DNA from: Candidatus Latescibacterota bacterium
GTDB taxonomy: Bacteria > Latescibacterota > UBA2968 > GCA-2709665
Reading direction: 5' to 3'
Length of the DNA stretch: 64,000 nt
Assembly: GCA_965205485.1 (NCBI GenBank)
Contig: OZ242180.1
Location: forward strand, 928,001-992,000
This document shows, in pieces, positions 56,975-64,000 of this stretch. The notes under the pieces were generated by a model. It saw only the letters and a program-made list of their open reading frames with translations. It did no database searches and was not told the DNA's origin. The position numbers and the translations under genes are program-made. How positions within the stretch are numbered: the first letter of the stretch is position 1; each line of letters opens with the position of its first letter.

Positions 56975-59785
56975 CTATCTGACGGCGGGCATGAAATCCT
57001 GTGAGGCCTGGAACTCCCCCGCGCCGGGGATGGCTTTGGGTTGAACGGTATATTTCCCCCTGGGAACCACGAAAAAAGCGGTGTTCCTGCGCGCGTCGAC
57101 CCGGGCGTTGTACCGGACAATACCGTCCCTGTTGCGGATACTCCAGTCGCCCGGCGCCAGGCCGGTCAGCAATAACTGACAGCTTCCATCCCCACCGACC
57201 CCCACCTGCAGCGTCTGCTCCAGCGGCTTGCCGGTCCGGTTCAAGACCACGACCCGGTCCGCCAGCGTGACAACGAAGGCTTCCGGGAGTTCAACGAGGT
57301 CGACCGGCAGCTGCTCCTCCTGTTCGTCACACATCGTCATCACCGTCAGAAACACATCGTTGCTCCGCTCTTCCACGGGTGAGAACATCACGCGATGGCC
57401 GTTCGCTTCAGGACGGTCCGGTTTTGGCGGCGTAAAGTACTGTCCGAACACGCTATTGGCGTCATTTCCGCTCAGGATCTGCGTATCCCGCTCATCCGCC
57501 CCCGGTCGCAGCATTCGCAGCACGACCTTGCCGCTCCCGTCAGCGTCGCTGTTTCTCAGGATAACGCCGTCGTCCGTCGTTTCGGGCGGGTTGAGGGTGT
57601 TGACCTGCCAGTATTTCCTGAACTCCGGTCTGGCCGTGGTCATATTGTCCAGGACGATCAGCGCCGCGGCAGTCTGCTCGTTGTCGAGGTTCAGGAAGCA
57701 GAAGGTCCGGACGTAGTCCTCGATCTTCTCGCTGTAGGCCGACGTCAGATTGACCGAGAAATAGCTGTAGAACGGCCGCTGAGGGGACGGGCCAAAGCTG
57801 GTCGAGACGACGCCACCGTTGGCGAACGTCGGATCAGAAAGCGCCTGGTCCGGTGTGGTCGGGCAGGATTGAATGAAACGCACGCCCCCGTCATTGACGG
57901 TATTCCGAATGAACTGCTCTTCAGGATCGACCGCCAGCATCATGCTGTGCGAAATCGAACGTTTACAGAAGTTGAAGTCGTAGGGCGTTCCGTAGAAATG
58001 GTACTGCCCCAGGTCGGCCGCCTGCAGCCCGCGGTAGTAGATCTGGAAGCTGCCCGCGTCGGCGTGCTGGTGATTGCCGAAGTGATACCCGCCGCCCTTC
58101 ATCTCCACGACCACGTCGGACGCGCCGGGGCCCATGTTCCATCCGGTCCGGGCGACCATCGAACCGAGGATCGGGCCGAAATCGATGGTGAGCGGCAATG
58201 AAGAGAAATCCTCGGCAGCCTTCAAGTCCGGGTCGTTCAGCAGCAGCACCATGATCGGTTCGGAGGGAAGCCCGCCCTGCCGCTCGAAGTCGTGCTTGAT
58301 GACCGGATCGTTGCTGTAGGCGTAGCTGAGCAGTGCTGTAGCGCCGAGACTTGCCGGCCGTCCGTCAGAAAACCCGTCGCCGTCACGTAGCGTCTCTCCG
58401 TTCGGCATGCGCATGTAGAGCCAGAACTTGCAGACATCCGCGATGTTGTCGTCGAAGACCCGCTCGCCGGTCATACGGTTAAACAGCCAGGCCGCGTGCA
58501 TATCCCATCCGAACCGGTACGGGCCGTAGCTGACGCCCTGGTTGTGGCGCGGGGACCGGTATTCGAACCGGCGCATCGGAACCAGTTCTTCCAGCATGCG
58601 GTAGGCGCAATATCGATACGGTACCGGGTCTTCGTCGTAGATGGCGATGGCCATGCAGAGCAGATCGCGGTTGACCTGCGCCTCGTTGCCATGGCCGTTG
58701 ACGATGATCTGCTTGAACGGCGGCCAGCCGATTTCCATATCGTCGGCGAGGCGCATCAGGTCGGTGCGAATGCTGTTCCTGTCGCTCGGTGTCATCAACT
58801 CGTAGCACCAGTCGTAAACCAATGCCGCAGAGTAGATGGCCCGGCCGATCTCCCTTGTAATATCAAGCAGATTTCCGAATTCGACCGCGGCGAGATAGTC
58901 GCGGATCAGCGCCACCGCTTCCCGGCCGGGCGTCTCCTCGCCGTTCATCAGATAAACGAAGGCCCTGGCGACGGCCGCTTTCTCGAGTTTCGGATTGTGG
59001 CCGACTTCCGTACCCGGTTCTGCTTCGAACGTGAAGGGTTCCGCCGCCTCGTCCCTCACCTGTGCCCATAGCGGAGCGTTCTCGCCCTTAGTCAGGTTTG
59101 CGCGGACCGCCGGCAGCGACTGCTCGTTCACCCAGATACGCGGCCGGGATGCCGGTGGAACGACCGTCGGCCGGTAGTCGGTCGCGGCCGCCGGGACTTC
59201 CGGAGGCGTGTAAGGGCTGACTTCAAGGTAATCCAGACGCACGCCTTCCGGCAGCCAGATCCGAATCTCCTGCTCCTGCCCGTTGAGGTCAAACTTTCCA
59301 GCCGTCTGTGTACAGCTCTCCAACCGGCTCCAGGGCACGAATACCACGCGTCTTGTCGGGCGGACATCGCCGACGGCGATCTTGAGGTGCAACGAGTCAA
59401 ACTTGCTCCTGGCCTTTCGCATCGCCTCCCTGCCCCTGGCGTCCGTGGCTGCGTGTGTGCGAATCACGAACCGCCCGGCCCTCGAAGCCTGCACCATGAA
59501 TACGAGATCCGGGCCGGCGCCGGGCGACCCCACGTTGGCGGCCACACCGGCCTTTAGCGAAACGCCCTTCTCGCTGGAAAACGAGCTCTGCGTTACGATC
59601 TCTGCACGACCGGGGTCGATCCCGGCGGCCTCTGCCTGAATGACGACCGTTCCGTCTAAGATGAAAATATGGGATGGAGCATTAGCGCTGTTACTTTCTC
59701 CGGTCTTCATGGCGTGGGTCTCCTCGGCGTACGATAAGACGGTTATCAAGAGCGAAACAACGAAATGATTGTACGATGTTTTCAA
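56975..59785 (-). CDS. Secreted heparinase II-like polysaccharide lyase (PL21-like) with N-terminal carbohydrate-binding-like domain
   Basis: LVYDWCY, GHGNEA, HNQGVSY, LRDGD, ARTGW, GNHQHADAGSFQIYYRG. TTG at 59785 gives a signal peptide; start uncertain. Confidence 0.78.
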   Translation of the reverse strand: MKTSYNHFVVSLLITVLSYAEETHAMKTGESNSANAPSHIFILDGTVVIQAEAAGIDPGRAEIVTQSSFSSEKGVSLKAGVAANVGSPGAGPDLVFMVQASRAGRFVIRTHAATDARGREAMRKARSKFDSLHLKIAVGDVRPTRRVVFVPWSRLESCTQTAGKFDLNGQEQEIRIWLPEGVRLDYLEVSPYTPPEVPAAATDYRPTVVPPASRPRIWVNEQSLPAVRANLTKGENAPLWAQVRDEAAEPFTFEAEPGTEVGHNPKLEKAAVARAFVYLMNGEETPGREAVALIRDYLAAVEFGNLLDITREIGRAIYSAALVYDWCYELMTPSDRNSIRTDLMRLADDMEIGWPPFKQIIVNGHGNEAQVNRDLLCMAIAIYDEDPVPYRYCAYRMLEELVPMRRFEYRSPRHNQGVSYGPYRFGWDMHAAWLFNRMTGERVFDDNIADVCKFWLYMRMPNGETLRDGDGFSDGRPASLGATALLSYAYSNDPVIKHDFERQGGLPSEPIMVLLLNDPDLKAAEDFSSLPLTIDFGPILGSMVARTGWNMGPGASDVVVEMKGGGYHFGNHQHADAGSFQIYYRGLQAADLGQYHFYGTPYDFNFCKRSISHSMMLAVDPEEQFIRNTVNDGGVRFIQSCPTTPDQALSDPTFANGGVVSTSFGPSPQRPFYSYFSVNLTSAYSEKIEDYVRTFCFLNLDNEQTAAALIVLDNMTTARPEFRKYWQVNTLNPPETTDDGVILRNSDADGSGKVVLRMLRPGADERDTQILSGNDANSVFGQYFTPPKPDRPEANGHRVMFSPVEERSNDVFLTVMTMCDEQEEQLPVDLVELPEAFVVTLADRVVVLNRTGKPLEQTLQVGVGGDGSCQLLLTGLAPGDWSIRNRDGIVRYNARVDARRNTAFFVVPRGKYTVQPKAIPGAGEFQASQDFMPAVR

Positions 59786-59859
59786 AAGCCGATGGTTTTC
59801 CTTGTAAATCCTTATTATCCGTGGAAATACCCCACCCCATTGCCGCCGACCTACCCCCT

Positions 59860-59999
59860 TTCCCCCGTCCTGAAGGAAGGGGGAAACTGTCATCAGTTGA
59901 TGTTATTTCGACTGATCGAAAGATGCGAGCGACATTTTGTGATTCCGCGACCCGGGTTGTCACCCCCTTTCCTTTAGGAGAGGGGGCAGGGGGAGAGGT
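59860..59999. repeat. Pair of C-rich/G-rich palindromic intergenic repeats
   Basis: TTCCCCCGTCC-TGAA-GGAAGGGGGAA and CCCCCTTTCC-TTTA-GGAGAGGGGG hairpins. Confidence 0.5.
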
Positions 60000-60095
60000 C
60001 ACGTGGCCGACACCTACTGATCGGGTTCCTGATTCGAGCTGACGACTGACAGCCGAGAAATGATAACTGCTTTTCCGCAGGCGAATTATTATCAG

Positions 60096-60938
60096 TCAAC
60101 CTTGAGGAGCAGAGTACAGATCCAAGCTGCCGAGCCAGTTGAGGCACAGTTGCGGCCAGCTCGAAGGCAGCTTTTCGTTGCGGCGCACGCCGAAATCGTG
60201 CTCGCCGGTTGCGTAGACGTGCAATTCCGTGGGAACACCGGCCCGGTGCAGCGCCAGGTACATGATCACGCTGTGGGCGACCTCGGATTCACTGTCGTCA
60301 CCGGCGTGGGTCAGAAACACGGGAGGCGTATCGGCCGGAATGTGGATCCCGTCAGAAATCCTGTCGCAGTCCGCATCCTTCAGGTACCCCGAATAACACA
60401 AAACGGCGAAATCCGGGCGGCAACTCGCGGTATCGACCGCGTCTATTTCCGGGTAACTCCGGTCGCCGAAACCGGTGGCGGTTGCCAGAGCGAGATGGCC
60501 GCCTGCGGAAAAGCCCACCATACCGATACGACCGGGATCTATGCGCCACTCGGCCGCATGGCTGCGCACGATACTCACCGCGCGCTGGGCGTCGGACAGA
60601 GGTCCTGCCGGCGGGACCCCCTTCGCATCGCCCGGACGGCGCGGGACCCTGTATTTCAGAATGATACCCGCGATGCCCCGGGAAGTCAGCCAGGCCGCAA
60701 CCTCCTCTCCTTCCAGTTCCCAGAAGAGATCCCAATACCCGCCTCCGGGGCAGATGAGCATGGCAGTACCCGTGTTCTTCTCCTGCGGCGGGAGGTGCAC
60801 CGTCAGCGAAGGTCGGGTGACGTTGGTGATCAGCAGCGTGTTCCCCACGAACCTGGAGTCGTGTATACGGCTTTTCTCCTCACCGTCTATGCCGGCATCC
60901 CCGGGAACTTGGCCCGACCACAATTCCATCACCGTCAT
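60096..60938 (-). CDS. Alpha/beta hydrolase (carbohydrate/acetyl esterase-like)
   Basis: ICPGGGY, GFSAGG nucleophile elbow, RPDFAVL, PPVFL, GEHDFG; ATGA overlap with the upstream gene. Confidence 0.88.
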   Translation of the reverse strand: MTVMELWSGQVPGDAGIDGEEKSRIHDSRFVGNTLLITNVTRPSLTVHLPPQEKNTGTAMLICPGGGYWDLFWELEGEEVAAWLTSRGIAGIILKYRVPRRPGDAKGVPPAGPLSDAQRAVSIVRSHAAEWRIDPGRIGMVGFSAGGHLALATATGFGDRSYPEIDAVDTASCRPDFAVLCYSGYLKDADCDRISDGIHIPADTPPVFLTHAGDDSESEVAHSVIMYLALHRAGVPTELHVYATGEHDFGVRRNEKLPSSWPQLCLNWLGSLDLYSAPQG

Positions 60939-61957
60939 TCCCAACCTCCGGATCTGATTCCCTCCAACGAAACGGTCCGATCTTCCTGTGCAGAGATGGA
61001 AATGGCTTCGGCGATCTCAACGTCCAGCAGGGCATCCTCGGGAGGATTCAGGGCTTCGCGCCGACTCTCCATGGCATCCAGAAATGCGTGCACCTGCCTC
61101 ACCATAGAAGATGGTTCCGCGTCAAAGGCGCGGACATCGGAGCGACCTTCCCTATACACGGTAATAGCGTCCTTGCCGGGCGGGCTCTCGGCATTCGTCT
61201 GAATTCCGCCGTTGGCACAAATGAATCGCGCCTGCGGGTCGGGCATCCCGTCCGGCCCGATGTAGCTGGCCGTTGCCGAAGCGAAAGCCCCGTTTTCGAA
61301 TCCGATCAGAGCCCCGCACGTCTCCTCGGCAACGTGGCCCGGCGCCGTATTCCGTTTCCGGTTGGCCATCGCCGAAACGGTGGTCGGCTGTCCAAGAATC
61401 CAGCGGATCGCATTCAGATAACAGTAGCTCATGTGGGTCAGCGGCATGCCCCCGCTGGCCTCCTGATCGCAGTACCAGGCATCCGGGGCCGGGTTCCACA
61501 ATGCCATGGTCACGGCCATCACCGGCGGCCCCAGTTCCCCTCCCGCCACCAGGCGCCTGATCTCTTCCCAGGCCGGGTCGTATCGGCGCTGAAACCCCGC
61601 CTCCACGATCCGCTCCGACCGGTTTGTCATCTCCACAATCCGCTTTCCGTTCTCCAGGGACGACGCGAGACAGCCGCCGATGAGGAGGTCGCAGCCGGCA
61701 TCCAGCGCCCACGTCGTCGCCTCGTCCTGAACGCGATGCGGTACTTCGATCAGGACGGCGTCCGGGCGGGTGCCGGCCAACCTCCGATAGTCATCGCCAG
61801 ATACCGCGCACCCCAACTCCGCCGCACAGCGTTCGGCGGTCTCCCTTCGACGGGCGGCAACGCCGCAGATTTCCGCCCGCTCCGTATCCAGAAACGCCTG
61901 GCCCCGGACCCGGGCCATGTTCCCGGCGCCCACAACCGCGATTCGTGTTTTAGCCAT
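60935..61957 (-). CDS. Gfo/Idh/MocA family oxidoreductase
   Basis: IAVVGAGNMA Rossmann start, DAVLIEVPH, GFQRRYDP, SGG motif. Confidence 0.85.
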   Translation of the reverse strand: MAKTRIAVVGAGNMARVRGQAFLDTERAEICGVAARRRETAERCAAELGCAVSGDDYRRLAGTRPDAVLIEVPHRVQDEATTWALDAGCDLLIGGCLASSLENGKRIVEMTNRSERIVEAGFQRRYDPAWEEIRRLVAGGELGPPVMAVTMALWNPAPDAWYCDQEASGGMPLTHMSYCYLNAIRWILGQPTTVSAMANRKRNTAPGHVAEETCGALIGFENGAFASATASYIGPDGMPDPQARFICANGGIQTNAESPPGKDAITVYREGRSDVRAFDAEPSSMVRQVHAFLDAMESRREALNPPEDALLDVEIAEAISISAQEDRTVSLEGIRSGGWE

Positions 61958-62391
61958 TGCATACTCCCTCTTCGGTTTTCTGCTCGGCTTAAAATAAACG
62001 TCCAATCCTTCCGGTTACGCACCCTGTCTTACTGAATTTCGAACCGATTCTTCACTCCGAACGCGAAATCGGAGCGTGTTCGTCCATATTATCTACCGGG
62101 CATGCCGGCCTGTTCGCCTCAATTTAAAAAAGACAACAGTAAAATTGGCCGCAAAGAGCACAAGGGTCACAGAAGGTTCCGGTGCGAAGCGGGGTATTGA
62201 GGTCGTCCAGAAGGACATTTTTCCCGTTCGTGAACAGTGAGCCGAAGTATCCTGGTAATCGGCAGTTTAATGGCCTTCATTAACTCGCACATATTCGAAT
62301 TATTGCCGCGAGCAGTAAATAGTTGACATCTACTGTGCCTGCTACGGTGGAGAGGAGCTTGTCCAAACGGGGACGCTGAGCATGCCTGCAT

Positions 62392-62466
62392 TGAGCTTGT
62401 CGAAATGTCGAAGCGCCCGTGTTTCGGCACCCTTCTCCCTTCGCCGACCCTTCGACAAGCTCAGGG
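62392..62466. repeat. Inverted repeat pair TGAGCTTGTCGAA / TTCGACAAGCTCA
   Basis: 13-bp perfect inverted repeat in a long intergenic region. Confidence 0.6.
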
Positions 62467-62557
62467 AGCGGCTCAGGTTGGCCGGTTAATGTCGTGGAAA
62501 AAGGTAAATTATCGGATGCTCCCCGTAATAACGTCCACGAAAACTCACGAATCGAGG

Positions 62558-63610
62558 TTAGAGGTCGTACACAAATGAGATGGTGACCGCATAGAAGACG
62601 ATATCACTGAGCACCAGATCGAACGTTGCGGGCGTGTTCCCGTTTGCAAGCACCGGCGCGTGACTTCGCACCTGGTCCCATTTTCCAGGTTTCCGGACAT
62701 CCCCGTAACGCGCGTAACGCCCCCGCAGCGCAATGCCGAATCGCTCGTTCGCTTCGTACGCCACACCGCCGATCAGATTCGTCCCGATCGTCGATTCAGC
62801 CAGTCGAAGCCACGCGGAATCGGCCGTGCCCGCGGCCCGCGTCTGCCATGCAGGAATGGCGGCTTCTGCGCCAGGATCAACGCCGCCTTCCGGCGCGAAT
62901 CCGTCAGTGTGCGTTCGTCGGACCCGCAATCCCTTGAAAACGAGAATGACGTTCGACACGCCGCCTCCAACGCCGACAAATGGCGTGAAGCGCGAGGAAT
63001 TGTTGTAGTCGAGAAGCACATTCAGAAACAGGTCCGTAATGTTGAAACCAGAAACCCTGGCCTGAGGTTCTTCGACAGCACTCCACTCACGTACCCTCTC
63101 CGGCGCCAGCCGGCCCGCGTCCACCATCGGCGCCGAGGTTGCGCCCAGCACGGTATTGTTCAGTTCGGCTTCCAGCCGGAGCCAGCCCTGGGAGTACCCC
63201 AACGCAAGGGCGGTTGCGCTGGTCATGGTTTCCGCACCCCGGTCAAACGCCATTGTCGCGTACGCTCCGGACGCAGTTTCAGAGCAGGCAGGATCGCGCG
63301 GGACGGCGGCCGGATCCGGATATAACAGCCGGTCACAACGCGTCGGCTGATCGATGCCTTCGATGCTCCCTCGAATCGTCAACGCGTCCGAATCCCCGAA
63401 ATCGCCGCGCAAATAGAACCCGTCTTGTCCCTGGGCGCTCAACCCAATGGGAGCCAGGAACCAACTCAACGCAACGAGTACAATCGCCATCGCGAGTTTA
63501 ACACCGATGGCCGCACCGAAGATTTCCGCGCGAACGGTTTCCGGCAACGCCTTGCCCCTTAGCCCCGCAATCTTTTCCGCCCCCACAATCGTGAATCGTA
63601 CTGTCGACAT
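62558..63610 (-). CDS. Outer-membrane beta-barrel protein (opacity/Msp4/OmpA-TM-like)
   Basis: Signal peptide ending ..GLSAQ, GFYL, LRLEAE, LNVLLDY..RFTPFVGVGGG, terminal FVYDL. Start uncertain (63610 or the later MAIVLV Met). Confidence 0.78.
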   Translation of the reverse strand: MSTVRFTIVGAEKIAGLRGKALPETVRAEIFGAAIGVKLAMAIVLVALSWFLAPIGLSAQGQDGFYLRGDFGDSDALTIRGSIEGIDQPTRCDRLLYPDPAAVPRDPACSETASGAYATMAFDRGAETMTSATALALGYSQGWLRLEAELNNTVLGATSAPMVDAGRLAPERVREWSAVEEPQARVSGFNITDLFLNVLLDYNNSSRFTPFVGVGGGVSNVILVFKGLRVRRTHTDGFAPEGGVDPGAEAAIPAWQTRAAGTADSAWLRLAESTIGTNLIGGVAYEANERFGIALRGRYARYGDVRKPGKWDQVRSHAPVLANGNTPATFDLVLSDIVFYAVTISFVYDL

Positions 63611-63704
63611 GGCGTCGCCTTTCGAGTTTTCGATTGACAACCACACGCGGCAGGGGTATGCTTTGAGAAACCCTCCCACCTTCCAACTGAAATGGCAAGG
63701 TAGT

Positions 63705-63864
63705 CAGCCCGTTAATAAAGCCCATCCGGGCTGCGTCCGGCCCTTATGACCGAATTACGGCGTTGCGCTCCCTCCTCGAATCCACGGATTCGATTCGGTC
63801 GCGCGCCTTGTCTTCGGCCACAATGACTCGGCCTCGCCTGCAGAGCGACTTTATCAACGGACTG
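63705..63864. mobile_element. MITE-like non-autonomous element (160 bp)
   Basis: Terminal inverted repeats CAGCCCGTTAATAAAG / CTTTATCAACGGACTG (14/16 match) and internal hairpin TCGAATCC-AC-GGATTCGA. Confidence 0.65.
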
Positions 63865-63866
63865 CT

Positions 63867-64000
63867 ATGGCAAGGGTTGTCTTCAGATCGGTCGTTCTCG
63901 GCCTTTCGGCGGGCCTGGCGCTGGGCGGTCCCTTTCTCTTCGCGGACGCCGGGAATGCGGACGGCGAGACCCGTTCAGCGGGATACATCGGCGCGCAGGC
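63867..64000 (+). CDS. 5' end of a secreted protein running off the window (possibly cytochrome c family)
   Basis: MARVVFRSVVLGLSAGLALGGPFLFADAG..GYIGAQA. YIG often precedes CxxCH in multiheme cytochromes, but that motif is not visible in the window. Confidence 0.45.
   Translation, partial: MARVVFRSVVLGLSAGLALGGPFLFADAGNADGETRSAGYIGAQ

Noticed and set aside
59786..59893. Upstream start (59893) of the heparinase II-like ORF
   Set aside because: The extension translates a palindromic intergenic repeat; a signal peptide begins at about 59785.
62310..62521. Second MITE bounded by GAGCA...TGCTC
   Set aside because: The putative terminal inverted repeats match only about 12 of 18 positions; only the internal 13-bp inverted repeat is reported.
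1..64000. CRISPR array, tRNA or rRNA genes
   Set aside because: No regularly spaced direct repeats with unique spacers and no recognisable tRNA/rRNA sequence; the repeats seen are dispersed palindromes.

Overview
GC-rich bacterial DNA with no rRNA, tRNA, CRISPR array or transposase recognisable by eye. The gene content includes GWxTD proteins, DUF6785-type membrane proteins, PhyH dioxygenases, heparinase-like proteins and a eukaryote-type sterol methyltransferase. This suggests an uncultured Latescibacterota/Gemmatimonadota/Poribacteria-like lineage, possibly host (sponge) associated (inference only). The core (about 5.5-47 kb, mostly minus strand) looks like a large acidic-glycan utilisation region. 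It holds five paralogous ~1,100-1,200 aa signal-less proteins combining a heparinase II/III-like lyase module with a C-terminal FG-GAP/PQQ-type beta-propeller, plus secreted lyase-like and beta-helix proteins, three DUF6785-like polytopic membrane proteins, a sugar ABC transporter and uxuA. Lower-GC inserts interrupt it: a two-gene ADP-ribosyltransferase-like module, an MNT/HEPN toxin-antitoxin pair, and a lipoprotein fusing a Leu/Ile/Val-binding domain to a complete Cu/Zn-SOD. The right part has an ECF sigma/anti-sigma operon, a porin-FMN-binding-cytochrome b-ApbE flavinylation operon behind a perfect 20-bp palindrome, a sterol 24-C-methyltransferase homolog, a heparinase II-like protein and an outer-membrane beta-barrel. 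Several REP-like repeat families and one MITE are present. At least eight frameshifts split otherwise intact genes and may be assembly errors. All family calls come from motif recognition, not database searches.
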